DNA of 64,000 nucleotides from Eledone cirrhosa (taxonomy: Eukaryota): assembly GCA_964016885.1 (NCBI GenBank), contig OZ024744.1, forward strand, positions 84,754,001-84,818,000, given 5' to 3'. Made by a program: the position numbers and the translations under genes. Below the pieces are notes generated by a model that did not search any database, was not told the origin of the DNA, and saw only the letters and a program-made list of their open reading frames with translations. Positions 13,723-27,727 of the stretch are shown in pieces; position 1 is the first letter of the stretch; each line of letters starts with the position of its first letter.

Positions 13723-13727
<5 letters not shown>
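13060..13727 (-). mobile_element. Longest family A copy (tail, degenerate HHR ~13142-13240, ~450 bp body, inverted terminal arm)
   Basis: Minus strand reads ACCCA-TTGAAAA-G..CGGCTATTT...AAATAGCCG-TC-GAAGCGGC...GCAGTC-GAGGT. Inverted arm GAAACAGCTTGAGCTCTGCCGTCGGGGTC near 13688-13716. Confidence 0.7.
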
Positions 13728-13761
<34 letters not shown>

Positions 13762-13919
13762 TATGAATATATAATATATAAATATATATTTATGCCTCTG
13801 CGTGTATATATGTATTTATATGTATGTATGCATGTAGATGTATGTATGTATGTATGTATGTGTGTACAATGAGTCCATTGTAGATTGACATCGTGCATGT
13901 CGTCTCCGTACGTCAATGT

Positions 13920-14150
13920 GTATACATACATACATACAAACATGCATACATACATACAAACATACATACATGCATGCATACATACAAACATACATACATG
14001 CATACATACATACAGACATACATGCATGCATACATACATAATGCATACATACATAGATGCATGCATACATACATACATGCATACATACATACACACATAC
14101 ATACATACATACATACATACATACATACATACATACATACATACATACAT

Positions 14151-14185
<35 letters not shown>

Positions 14186-14237
14186 TACATACATACATAA
14201 ATACATACATACATAGATAGAATAATACATACATGCA

Positions 14238-14266
<29 letters not shown>
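13920..14266 (+). repeat. (CATA)n microsatellite
   Basis: Direct reading. Confidence 0.95.
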
Positions 14267-14267
<1 letters not shown>

Positions 14268-14269
<2 letters not shown>

Positions 14270-14582
14270 GGAGGACATCTACGGACCAGTGATGAGGAGT
14301 TTGCAGATCCAGCATCCAAGATACACCTTCAGCTACATACCCATCATTATTGGAACACGGGTTATATACCAACCCACTCGGACCAGAGTATGACTGAACT
14401 TGGATTTGTGGACAAAGAGCGCAGCTCCCTAATTCATAGACTACAAATGGCTGCAATAGCTGGCACCTTCAAAATTTGTAAAACATTCTTGTGATTGAAG
14501 GGATGACAATTTCTTTGCTTTTACAACCTTGCCACCAGGAAGGTGGCCGGTGAAAAATATACTCGAAATTAAGAGAAAGAGA
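14268..14582 (+). mobile_element. 3' end fragment of the same R4-like family as 985-1786, inserted in (CATA)n
   Basis: Encodes EDIYGPVMRSLQIQHPRY...LIHRLQMAAIAGTFKICKTFL. Its 3' UTR matches the reverse complement of ~985-1080. Confidence 0.85.
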
Positions 14583-15091
14583 ACATACATACATATATAA
14601 ATACACATATACATACATATACACTTACACACATGCATATACATGAATACCCGTTAGTTTCACTAACGGGTACGTTCAATAAACAGCATATTCGTTGAAC
14701 TTTCGCATTTGTGGTTGAGTATTCCGCAGGCATTGTTTTGTTAACGTAATTATCAGGCAAATCCAAGATGTCAAAGTAATGTGACAAATTTGGCCCTTTG
14801 AACTTTAGCCCTCAGTACATCCGACGGGCATCCGAATAGTTTCCGTCTACGAAATTTTACAAACATTATTTCAAGGGGTGGGTCAACCTGAGGCTATGAG
14901 AGAAAATTGCCACGCTCACATTAAGCACTCGCAGGCACAAACACACACGCACACAAACACACATACACACACACATATGTATATATGTATATATATGTAT
15001 GTAAGTATATATATAATTATATATGTGTGTGTGGGGGGGGGTGTATGTGTGTGTGTGAATGTGTGTGTACACACACACACATACACGCATG

Positions 15092-15151
<60 letters not shown>

Positions 15152-15152
<1 letters not shown>

Positions 15153-15732
15153 CGGATGGTAGCTAAGGTGCTTCCATAGGCGGTATGCCGGTTGAGCACT
15201 CTATGCTCTAACAGAGCAGAGTATGATATAATATAAAACGAAAAATCAGTGATGCATCTGAACTCAATTTATTGTGAGTTACAATTGTTTCGCCGGCGGA
15301 CAGCTCGAGTCCACACATCAACGCGCGCACTCACACACACACCCCGCGCGCACTCACACACACACACACTGTGTGTGTGTGATTGCGCGCGTGGATGTGT
15401 GGACTACCAAACAGCAGTAATTCATTGAAGCGTTGCAGACATGCGACAGCGAAATAACACCTGTGGTCAGTATTTATGATGACGTAGGCAACCAGCAGCC
15501 AATCACTGGACACGCGAAGGGGATGGAGTTTTTGATAGTACTGGCCCACAGGGTCAGATACCCCAGTGGAAAAATATGCTCCTAAATCATGAGACGTGTC
15601 CGTCGAACCTGCGGGTCCAGAATCAGACAGATCCACACAATGATCGCGTTTCGAGCTGTCCGACGGCGAAACAATTGTAACACACAATAAATTGAGTTCA
15701 GATGCATCACTGATTTTTCGTTTTATATTATA
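15152..15732. mobile_element. Family B HHR element, divergent fold-back copy (HHR-like 15596-15683 on +)
   Basis: Arms ~15228-15310 and ~15650-15732 are inverted. GTGT-CCGTCGA...GGC-GAAAC-AATT-GTA-ACAC. Confidence 0.7.
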
Positions 15733-15735
15733 CTG

Positions 15736-15815
<80 letters not shown>

Positions 15816-15816
15816 T

Positions 15817-16021
15817 TAGGAAAAAGTATGACCCCGATGGGAGAGTTCAAGCCGTTTCGATGGCTATTTCTGGACTAATTTAGTTCAGAAATAGCCGTGG
15901 AAACGGCTTGAGCTCTGCCGTCGGGGGTCATACTTTCTCCTATTACCCACTCTACTACCCTAAATATTGAGTACTCTGGTGCGTTATGATCCATCTGGTT
16001 TCTTACCACAACACTTTCGTT
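15817..16021 (+). mobile_element. Family A fold-back element (axis in HHR stem II)
   Basis: ~125-bp imperfect palindrome centred on GGACTAA-TTTAGTTC, then the shared tail. Confidence 0.75.
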
Positions 16022-16212
16022 ATATATATATATTTGTTATAATATATAATATAATATAATAATTCCTTAATGCTGCCATCATGCAAAAACTGACACGACT
16101 CCATCATAAATGGACGGATTCTAATAGGACCAGCATCAAATTCTTCGGTGCCTTTATCGATAACTAACTGTATTGTATTAGAAATATTACAAAACAACCT
16201 TATTATTTATGA

Positions 16213-16279
16213 TGCTGCCTGATGAGGTCGTGTGGGCGGTTGCGTAATTATTAATGCTGCAGAAATATGTATTACAGCA
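16213..16279 (+). ncRNA. Candidate degenerate HHR
   Basis: TGCTG..CTGATGA...GCTGC-A-GAAATATGTAT-TA-CAGCA. Stem II is weak. Confidence 0.45.
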
Positions 16280-16647
16280 GATTATCATTATTGTATATAT
16301 CCGTATTTGTTGGTTGTGGCTATATACTATGACCACGTACACCTAGTCGATTTATTTATAGTGTCACAATTTTATAATTTTATGTGATAATGTTGGGTAG
16401 AAAAATTTAATAACTTTCTGCATCACTGAGTACTTTGAGACTGCCTCAAACTATTCGATTGGGATCTGCCCTATTGCAGCTACAACTTTTATTTATACCT
16501 TAAATAATAGATATACATATACATACATAACATGCATATATTTATACATACATACACACACATATATATATATATGTGTATATATAAATATATATAACTA
16601 CATATACACACATACAGAAAGACACACACACACATATATTTATATAC

Positions 16648-16678
<31 letters not shown>

Positions 16679-16679
16679 C

Positions 16680-16741
<62 letters not shown>

Positions 16742-16862
16742 CTGATGGTAGCTATGATGCTTCCATAGGCGGTATGCCGGTTGAGCACTCTATGTTCTTA
16801 CAGAGCAGAGTGTGATATAATATAAAACGAAATATCAGTGATGCATCTGAACTCAATTTATT

Positions 16863-16950
16863 GTGTTACAATTGTTTCGCTGGTAGACAACTCGAGACAC
16901 GATCATTGTGTGGATCTGTCTGATTCTGGATCTGCAGGTTCGTCGGACAC
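16863..16950 (-). ncRNA. Family B HHR (CCGACGA core variant)
   Basis: GTGT-CCGACGA-...-C-GAAAC-AATT-GTA-ACAC on the minus strand. Confidence 0.65.
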
Positions 16951-17164
16951 TTCTAATAATTTTGGATCAAATTTTCTCACTGGGGTGTTAGCGTCAGAAA
17001 ACATCCTCTTCGCTCGTCCTGCTATTGGCTGTTGTTCTTCTACGTCATCATAAATTTTGGCCAACAGGTACTGACCATCAGCTGTCCTTTTTCCTGCCAC
17101 ACTTCAATAAAACCCTGGTGGGTTTGGTAGTTCACACGTCCACGCGTGTACTAACCCCCCTCCC

Positions 17165-17220
<56 letters not shown>

Positions 17221-17520
17221 TCATACACATACACGCACACAATCATATAAATAACAACATCCGTACGCATATACTCCCACTATACATACGCACCCAAAGA
17301 GAACCCATAAAACTATAGACATACGCGTTCAGACGCCTGCCTACATGTCCACGTACATCAACTCACACACACACACGCGCGCACACAGCCGCACACACAT
17401 GCATACGCGTATATCTACTCGTATACACAAACACGTACAGACATATACATAGACACGCACACGCACATTCACACACGTGTCCATATATACATGCACAAAA
17501 ACAGACTCGCTCGCAAACAC

Positions 17521-17610
<90 letters not shown>

Positions 17611-17613
<3 letters not shown>

Positions 17614-18500
17614 AAAGACACTCCACCAGACATGACAACCGCTGCAGGCTAGCCAGCTGCCCCATCAACGACACAGACCTATGCCACCAGGCTTACGTCG
17701 TATACAGACTAGAGTGCGACAAATGCAGCAACTTCTACGTAGGTAGCACCACCAGACCACTCCACATAAGAATAAAAGAACACCTCAATACTAACGCTTC
17801 CTCATTTAACAAACACCTAGTGAAATGCAAAAACCCCGACAAAACCATAGCAGTTAGGATAGAAACTAAGGAAAGAAACCTCGGCAATCTTAGAATTAAG
17901 GAAGCACTAATTGTAGACAAAACACAACCACCAATCAATAATAGACTAGAACTCAACACCCAATTTATAACTTGATAGAGCATCTAGCCCCATACTTACA
18001 CCCCTCCCACACTCACACGTACACACATACGCTTACACCTCCACTTATTCTCTCTCACACACACACATACACACACAAAGACCAGTTCTAACACGAGAGA
18101 ACATCTATCCCCCACATTTATGTAGAGGCATATCTTCTCACACTCTCTCTCTCACACACACACACATACTTACACATTCACGCATTCTCCCACACACTTA
18201 AACAGACATGTACAAATAAACCCCCTTTTAAGGGAGACTACTCTTTATCCACCTAACCTTAACTCTTTGACATTAGAGATAGAACAGATATTCTATACCA
18301 TTTCCTGTCAGCATGTCTTGGCAAGCTATTTAGAACACTGGTTTAACCGCTTTACTTCCCTCCGAAGAAGAGATATTATCTCGAAAATTAAGGACATTTA
18401 AATAAATCTAAGATATAAGACTAATTGTCAACAATATCTTTTGCATTTGTATTTTTAATCTATGTCCATACCTGCATTGTTTGGCTTTACAAATTCAAAC

Positions 18501-18503
<3 letters not shown>
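17611..18503 (+). mobile_element. 5'-truncated Penelope-like element (GIY-YIG endonuclease + 3' UTR) in (TA)n
   Basis: Hand translation from 17613: [47 protein letters not shown]...LRIKEALI...PPINN. Confidence 0.85.
18358..18393 (+). ncRNA. Minimal HHR (CCGAAGA variant) in PLE 3' end
   Basis: CCCT-CCGAAGA-A-GAGAT-att-ATCTC-GAAAATT-AAGG. Confidence 0.6.
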
Positions 18504-18585
<82 letters not shown>

Positions 18586-19645
18586 CATATATATACACAC
18601 AAACAACCCCTTACCCTACAGTGGGTGCACGTACACACACACACACACTGGCTCATATACACTCTTACAAAATAGGCCTATTACCTACAGGCCCACGCAC
18701 GTCTACAAAGATACATACATCAAATATGATATACACACAAAGTCATATAAAGCTACACAATGGGTCATACATAAAAGGATGAATCTTGTTATACACATAC
18801 ACAAATATAAACAATATAACCATATACATACATCCATACACATACATATATATATATATATATACACTCATATATATATATACACATATATATATATACA
18901 CATACACACACACACATATCTACATACACACACATACATACACATATATAAAGAAACCTACAATATACCAAAGTATACATATAACGTCATACATTAAAGG
19001 ATGCATCTTGTAGTAAACATGCACATATATAAACAAAATAACCATATACATACATCCATACACATACACATAATCATATATATATATATTTATATATACA
19101 CACATATATACATATACGCATACATATATACACACACAGAAAAAAGAAATATACAATATATTAAAAATATACATATAACGTCACATAGGGATATATAAAA
19201 AAGAAGGGACGTGTGTGTGTATGAGATAGTACACAGGAGGAGTATGAGATGTACACTTGGGCCTGTATACGGAGCAAATAATATGTGTTCCAAAATGTTA
19301 TACGTGGAGAGTATGGATTCTCGATTGAAAAGGTACACATGCATGGGGGTACGTGGACCGGCCATACTGGAGTATGTCACTGTGGTTGAGGTATGTTGTC
19401 CTATAGGTGTAAGGTATTTGACTGAAAGTCAGTGGAATCCGGGTCAACCTGTCCCGGCTCAGGCGATGTTCTTGCCTAAGGTGACGTGCAGAGTAGGGTA
19501 TGCATCTTGGGTTATTTTGGTTTACTCCACGGGGCATATACTGTCATCAGGGTGTGGTGTCTGATCCATTGAACCCGTTTCGCCGCTCTGGTCGGCGTGC
19601 GCTCCGCCGCATGCCTTTAGCCTGGGTTTCCCGGTGGATTCCATC

Positions 19646-19684
<39 letters not shown>

Positions 19685-19685
<1 letters not shown>

Positions 19686-20146
19686 CTATATATCTAAAAC
19701 AGAGAGTGTTTGTCTGTCTATCTGTCTGTCTGACTCCATAAAACTCGAGAACCACCCAACCGATTTTTTTCAAACTTTACACATGTAATACTTATGGTCG
19801 TGTGAGATTTTTGAGCAAAAAGTATTTCAAATTTTCAATGCCCTAGGGACCGCATTAGGCGATTTAGCGATCTCTCTATAATTCTTAGTCTGTCTTTTTA
19901 GATAGATACATAGCTACGACGTCGCGCTCTTATAATATCTGTCTGTATGTCTGGCTGTCTGCATGACAACATTATGATGCTATCTGTGTGTGTATGTATA
20001 TATGTATATATATAGTGTGTGTATATATATAGTGTGTAACGTTTTTTGAAATATTTACTTCTGCGTTCACAGATTGATTTTTTTAGTTTCATAAGATCCC
20101 GTTAAGGGTGAAAGCAGGGATTCTTCGATTAAACTTTAATCTGTTA

Positions 20147-20220
<74 letters not shown>

Positions 20221-20513
20221 TATATTCGTGTACAGATATTTTTGCATACACAATAACAAAATATAAACAAACGTATTTATTTCACTAGGCTCGACAGCAG
20301 CAAAAACAAAAGCAAAAAAAGAGAGGGAACGCAATTACATGGTTTTGAAAAATCTTAATGGAAAATGATGTGCCTATTCACCCAGGGCGACTTCACTTTT
20401 TATTAAGACTTCTGCATCAATTGGTGAACATACGACAAATCTGTTTCAGAAAGGAGGGATAAACATGCCAATCTATGTTTAGAATCCCGAGCAACGCCGG
20501 GCTATTCTGCTAG
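19685..20513 (+). mobile_element. Non-autonomous Helitron
   Basis: 5' TCTATATATCTAAAAC; 3' CCCGAGCAACGCCGGG hairpin + CTAG. Related segments at 20835-20960 (-), 50261-51283 and 58724-58980. Confidence 0.7.
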
Positions 20514-20515
20514 TA

Positions 20516-20573
<58 letters not shown>

Positions 20574-20640
20574 TGTGTGTGTATGATGCACACACACATA
20601 CTATACATTAATTTGAATATGCTTGAATCTTTTAACATGC

Positions 20641-20671
<31 letters not shown>

Positions 20672-20745
20672 TATATATATATACATGTGTATGTATATAT
20701 ATATATGCATCTAAAAAGATTCAAGCATATTCAAATTAATGTATA

Positions 20746-20816
<71 letters not shown>

Positions 20817-21427
20817 TATACATATATATATAAACACGAGCAGTATGGCTCGGCGTTGCTCGGGATTCTAAACATAGATTGGCATGTTTATCCCTCCTTT
20901 TTGAAACAGTTTCGTCGTATATACACACACACACACACACGTGTGTATATATATGAGACAGTAAGTCAATTTTTTTTTTCAAATAATTTTGTGCAGTGTA
21001 AACTAGTTAAAACTACTTAACCATCAATGATTTTGTCATTTTCTTTTTTTTTTTTTTCGTTTTATTTTTCTGTGCAGAACAATTACAATTAAATGTAAAA
21101 AAAACTAAAAAAAAATAAAAATTATTTTGAAAAAAATTTCTGAAGATGAAATAAAATAACTATATTCAAGGAAAACAAACAAACAATAATAATAATAAAA
21201 GGAATAAAGTACATAAAAATAAATCAATAATTATCGGGAGTTTAAGTTGACAGATTTTGATCAGTTTTAGTCCATACCGACAACAAATATAACTAAAACG
21301 CAGTCACAGGCACAAACAGGGCCTCAAAAAAAAAAAAAAAAAAAATGTGGTACTTTATAAAACCAATGCGTTTTTCTTCTGTTTTTTTTTTCGTTTTTTC
21401 TCTTTTTCTGTAAAGCATTCATGATGG

Positions 21428-21710
21428 ACGAGGGTCGGTGGGAAAGATCATAGACTGAAAAGATCATAGGTTGAAAAGGTTATAGGTTGAAAAGGTCATA
21501 GGCTGAAGAGGTCATAGGCTGAAAAGGTCATAGGCTAAAGAGGTCATAGGCTGAAAAGATCATAGGCTAAAAAAGTCTTAGGCTGACCAAGATACTCTCA
21601 TGGAATGACCAAATGATGCAATTATTAAGTTAAAATTAATAATACATTACATGCAAGATTTCACAGCTCTAGCATCACTCCTTCATAATCAGCCTATGAA
21701 CTTTTCGGGA
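21428..21710. mobile_element. Mariner-type MITE with a tandemly amplified ~16-17-bp TIR sub-repeat
   Basis: CGAGGGTCGG start, ~8 copies of AAAGGTCATAGGCTGA. Body is shared with 21924-22129. Confidence 0.65.
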
Positions 21711-21794
21711 TATATTCATACACACACACACAGACTTACACACGCTCACACACACTCAAACACACACAGACACACTCACACACACACAAACATA

Positions 21795-21890
21795 TCGTTC
21801 CCCACCACCACCCCACTCTCCAGAGCGTGAAATTAATAAACATTCGTTGTACTGCCTCTCTGTTTTGTTCCTGTTCAAATTTTTCCATTA
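21795..21890 (+). mobile_element. Solo 3' pseudo-LTR fragment of the Neptune-like PLE family
   Basis: CGTTCCCCACCACCACCCCACTCTC...GCGTGAAATTAATAAA matches the reverse complement of 55610-55700. Confidence 0.7.
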
Positions 21891-21923
21891 TATATATATA
21901 TATATATATACACAAACACACAT

Positions 21924-22129
21924 GCGAGGGTCGGCTGAATAGTTCATAGGCTGACCAAGATTCTCTCATGGAATGACCAAATGAGGTTTATTTTTCAACA
22001 TAGTTCCTCGACAGAAAAGATGCATGTATTAATAAGTAGAGTTGAAATGAATGCATTGCATGCAAGATTTCACAGCTCAAGCATCACTCCTTCAGAGTCA
22101 GCCAATGAACTTTTCAGTAGACCCTCGCA
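21924..22129. mobile_element. Mariner-type MITE
   Basis: TIRs CGAGGGTCGGCTGAATAGTTCATAGGCTGAC / GTCAGCCAATGAACTTTTCAGTAGACCCTCG. Confidence 0.75.
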
Positions 22130-22657
22130 AATAATATTTTTTTTTAAATGGTAGGCAAATATTGGTGTCTTTGAACAAGGCAAGAAAGCCGATCTTTGCA
22201 ACAGAGTAGATATTTCATTACTATATATCTCAGCAGGAATATAATGATCTAAGGATTCTGTTTTCATATCTTGTCCAGGATATGAAGACAAAATCCTTTA
22301 CAACTCAATGAAATCTCTCTCTTTCTCTCTCACATCTGAATCTGACAAGCGATTACAATACTCGTGGCAGAGTTTGCAGCCATCATGTGTATATACATAC
22401 ATACATATGAAAGTATTTTACTATCTTCTTTAAAGTTATTAATATATAGCAATCAACTGCTGTTACAGTGGTCATGTGTTTGGGATTCTCCCATTTTCGT
22501 ATAAATATATATATGTGTGTGTGTGTGTGTGTGTCTGATGGTAGTAATGATGCTTTCATAGGCGGTGTGCCGATTGAGCACTCTATGTTCTTACAGAGCA
22601 GAGTGTCATATAATATAAAACGAAAAATCAGTGATGCATCTGAACTCAATTTATTGT

Positions 22658-22745
22658 GTGTTACAATTGTTTCGCCGGTAGACAACTCGAGACACGATCA
22701 TTGTGTGGATCTATCTGATTCTGCATCTGCAGGCTCGTCGGACAC
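22658..22745 (-). ncRNA. Family B HHR (CCGACGA core)
   Basis: GTGT-CCGACGA-GCC...GGC-GAAAC-AATT-GTA-ACAC. Confidence 0.7.
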
Positions 22746-22943
22746 TTCTAATAATTTTGGATTAAATTTTCTCACTGGGGTGTTAGCGTCAGAAAACATC
22801 CTCTTCGCTCGTCCTGCTATTGGCTGTTGTTCTTCTACGTCATCATAAATTTTGGCCAACAGCTACTGTCAAACTGACCATCAGCTGTCTTTTTTCCTGT
22901 CACATTTCAATGAATCCCTGCTGGGTTTGGTAGTTCACACGTC

Positions 22944-23071
<128 letters not shown>

Positions 23072-23376
23072 CACACACACTGACGCACACAATCATATAA
23101 ATAACAACATCCGTACGCATATACTCCCGCTATACACACGCACCCAAAGAGAACCCATGAAACTATAGTCATACGCGTTCAGACGCCTGCCTACATGTCC
23201 ACGTACATCAACTCGCACACACACACATACACACGCACACGCACACACGCGCACACACATGCATACGCGTATATCTACTCGTATACACAAAAACGTACAG
23301 ACATATACATAGATACGCACACGCACATTCACACACGTGTCCATATATACAGGCACAAAAACAGACTCGCTCGCAA

Positions 23377-23503
<127 letters not shown>

Positions 23504-24114
23504 CATATATATACACACACAAACAAGCCCTTACCCTACAGTGGGTGCACGTACACACACACACACATACACTGACTCATATTACCTACAGGCCCACGCA
23601 CGTCTACAAAGATACATACATATATATATATATAAATATATATATACACACATACATATATATATACACATACACACACACACATATCTACATACACACA
23701 CATACATACACATATATAAAGAAACCTACAATATACCAAAATATACATATAACGTCATACATTAAAGGATGCATCTTGTAATAAACATGCACATATATAA
23801 ACAATATAACCATATACATACATCCATACACTCTTTATATATGTGTATGTATGTGTGTGTATGTACATATGTGTGTGTGTGTGTATGTGTATATATATAT
23901 ATATGTATGTATGCATGTGTATGGATGTATGTATATGGTTATATTGTTTATATCTGTGCATGTGTATAACAAGATACATCCTTTCACGTATGACCCTTTG
24001 TGTGACCCATTGTGTAGCTTTATATGACTTTGTGTGTATATCATATTTGTGTATAGACAGATATATGTATGTATCTTTGTAGACGTGCGTGGGCCTGTAG
24101 GGTAAGGGCTTGTT

Positions 24115-24178
<64 letters not shown>

Positions 24179-24510
24179 CATATATATATATGTGTGTTTG
24201 CGAGCGAGTCTGTTTTTGTGCCTGTATATATGGACACGTGTGTGTATGTTCATGTGCGAGTCTATGTATATGTCTGTACGTGTTTGTGTATACGAGTAGA
24301 TATACGCGTATGCATGTGTGTGAGCCTGTGAGCGTGTGCGTGTGTGTATGTGTGTGTGTGTGAGTTGATGTACGTGGGCATGTAGGCAGGCGTCTGTGGA
24401 CGCGTATGTCTATAGCTTTATGGGTTCTCTTTGGGTGCGTATGTATAGCGGAAGTATATGCGTACGGATGTTGTTATTTATATGATTGTGTGCGTGTGTG
24501 TGTATGAGTG

Positions 24511-24541
<31 letters not shown>

Positions 24542-24762
24542 GCGTGTGTGTGAGTACGTGCGTGGACGTGTGAACTACCTAACCCAGCAGGGATTCATTG
24601 AAGTGTGGCAGGAAAAAGGACAGCTGATGGTCAGTTTGACAGTACCTGTTGGCCAAATTATATGATGACGTAGAAGAACAACAGCCAATAGCAGGACGAG
24701 CGAAGAGGATGTTTTCTGACGCTAACACCCCAGTGAGAAAATTTGATCCAAAATTATTAGAA

Positions 24763-24850
24763 GTGTCCGACGAACCTGCAGATCCAGAATCAGACAGATC
24801 CACACAATGATCGTGTCTCGAGTTGTCTACCAGCGAAACAATTGTAACAC
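24763..24850 (+). ncRNA. Family B HHR (CCGACGA core)
   Basis: GTGT-CCGACGA-ACCTG...CAGC-GAAAC-AATT-GTA-ACAC. Confidence 0.65.
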
Positions 24851-24893
24851 AATAAATTGAGTTCAGATGCATCACTGATTTTTCGTTTTATAT

Positions 24894-25026
<133 letters not shown>

Positions 25027-25174
25027 ATCGAATTAAAGATAATTCCATTCCAATTTTTTACAGACAATTAATGATTTCATATTTAAACACAACTTAAATC
25101 TTAAAGGGTCGTAACTATCTGACACCACAAAGCAAGTTGTCCGACGCTCTACCGATATTGCCAAATCCCAGCCC

Positions 25175-25237
<63 letters not shown>

Positions 25238-25238
<1 letters not shown>

Positions 25239-25483
25239 TGGAACTGCCATGAAATCAAGGTCGTCCCGATTGTCATAAGCGCACTAGGTACTATCTCAAA
25301 GAGTTTCCAAGGATGGTTAAAGAAGATTAGTCCAGCCCCGCTTTTTGGAACACTTCAAAAGGCATGCTTGCTGGGAACAGCAAGAACTCACCGATACGTC
25401 CTGAATGTCTGAGGCTGCAGGTAGTGGCTTGATATTCATTTCAACAAACTTTCCAGTTAAATAACATCAATGACTGAGACTCA

Positions 25484-25484
<1 letters not shown>
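25238..25484 (+). mobile_element. Dong-like (R4 clade) 3' end inserted in (TAA)n
   Basis: WN...KVVPIVISALGTI...LQKACLLGTAR...VL* plus a short UTR, with (TAA)n on both sides. TAA repeats are the known Dong target. Confidence 0.85.
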
Positions 25485-25561
<77 letters not shown>

Positions 25562-25569
25562 GATCTGTA

Positions 25570-25762
25570 ACATAGCCATAATTTGGTAGTGGGTTATAGT
25601 CGATTAAATTGATCCCAGTACTTGACCAGTTTTGTATTTACCAACTCTGGAAGGATTAACTGATAAAGACGACTTCAGTGCGATTTTAATTCAGATCATA
25701 GAATGGACGTAACTAAATACCACAACGCATTTTGTCTGATGCTTTAACAATTCTGCCGCGCT
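25570..25762 (-). mobile_element. Diverged tRNA-derived CORE-type SINE
   Basis: Similar to 48660-48850 (GGCAGAAT head; ACGTCC..TCTGA..TTAAA). Confidence 0.55.
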
Positions 25763-25884
25763 AAGTTTTTAATGGATGTCAGCCAATAAATTCACTAGTG
25801 AGTTGTCCAAACTACCATCTTAAAAAACTAGCAAAGTTAAAATTTTTGTTTCACCAGTGACAGTAACAGTAACAGCAACAGCAA

Positions 25885-25948
<64 letters not shown>

Positions 25949-26664
25949 GTAAGGAATTACAGTAGAAGCATTCTTCTCGTCAGTACTCATATCAGAAATT
26001 TTCCGGCGAATGATGCTAACAACATTCTCTAGTCTTACAAACAACAATTCCATACTCACAAACTCTTAAAAAAAAAAAAAAAAATTAGTATAGTTAAAAC
26101 GAAGCATTGTGAGCCATGCAATAAAAGACCGATAACGATTTCACGCATGCGTATTTCAGACACATAGTCCAATTAAGGAAGAAAACATTGATCGTTTGTT
26201 TTTCTGCTTCACATTTGTATTTCTGCTTCACATTTGAAAAGAGGTTTAAACCCCGAAATATCATGTAGAAATATACTGGGTAAAACATTGCTTTATTTTG
26301 TTTTATTTGTCATCTTTTGCCCTTTGTATATTTCTACAGCACTGTACCGGTTAAAAAAAACCCAACTTATCCGTCTTTTATTAAAGAAAAATTATTATCT
26401 GATTTTTCACCGACGGGCTTCACCGCAGTTTCCCTTTACCTAAATTCTCTCACCTGTCGGCCGGGACCCCGACGCGAACTGACTCTTAAGTTTCATTTAC
26501 GTATGGTGGTGGCACGTGGAATAGATTTACTTCTATAAACATGAGTAGGTTGAGAAATGAAATATACGGTAGCAACTGATGTTATTTCATAAAATTATTT
26601 TCTTATTAGCAACTGTTTATCTGTCTTTTAAATTAAATAAGTACATGGCAACATCTCATTGTAT

Positions 26665-27240
26665 TTGACTTTGACTTACACTTAGAAGCTCCCGCGTCTT
26701 GAGACGCCCTAGACATATGAGGCAACCAAAGTGCTCCAATGACCACCATGGTCAGTTACATCTATCAATACATCCTATATCTTGAGACACATGAGGCAGC
26801 TAAAGTGCTCCAATGACCACGGTCAGTTGTATCTATCAATACATATTTCCAACTTTTGTTGATGGGTTTTATGTTTCTGTCGATTGTCTACCACCACCTC
26901 TTTCTATGGGGGTACCAATACTGGACCTGATTAAAATATCTCTCCCTTGGGAGTCGTGTGACGCGACCCAACCAGCCAAGTCGACGTTTGTACATGATGT
27001 TAGACACATATTGTTGGTGGGTTCATTGACAGACTTCTTTGCGGGTGATGAAGTCATCCCACCTGATGCCAAGGGGTTTTCGTAGGTATTTAGTGTCAAA
27101 AGCATCTAATTGGTTCTCTTGGCTGGTTTTCACACTCCAAAATCCACACCTATACAATAACATAAATCTCATCTTGGTACGAAGTAAAAGTTTTTTACTT
27201 CTCCAGATCTTGTTGAGGTGTTTAAAGGGCAGCAGAAGCT
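26665..27240 (-). mobile_element. RTE-clade LINE 3' fragment
   Basis: LNKIWRSKKL..RTKMR..LLY..W..LDAFDTKYLRK.LGIRWDD; RRLGWLG; short (AGTCAA)n-like tail. Confidence 0.75.
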
Positions 27241-27727
27241 TTGAAAAATACCAACAAACATTGGTTAAGAAAACACTAGTTGCCCAAAGTTCCACGCAGT
27301 GGGACTGTACTCGAAATCACGTGGTTGTAAATTAAAATCGCCATCATTGACATCACCATCTACTTACCATCTATTCACCTTCACACCATCATTCTAAAAC
27401 CTTTATAACCGTTGCTACCATCATCCCAAACATCCCTACTGCATCCCTACTGCATCCTATACTGCATCTAACACCACCACCACCATTATATTGGACACTG
27501 CCACCGCTATCACCGCCACAACCATCACTAACACCATTAATATCACCACTATATAGACCACAGCTTTCATCACCACTAGCATCATCAACACCACCACTAC
27601 TACCACCACTATCGCTAACAGTATCACCACCTCCACTACACCAACATTACCACCGCCACCACCACCACCACCACTACACAACCACCACCATCACCATCAC
27701 CACCAACACCACCTCCGTCATCAACAC

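Larger units (their letters stand above)
16742..19195 (-). mobile_element. Family B non-coding, microsatellite-rich HHR element (interrupted by a PLE at 17611-18503)
   Basis: Collinear with 22533-23830 across the unique spacers between microsatellites. Internal ~200-bp tandem units at 18770-19190. Confidence 0.75.

Noticed and set aside
21440-21585. CRISPR-like regular repeats
   Set aside because: No spacers; tandem TIR-derived units in a eukaryotic context.
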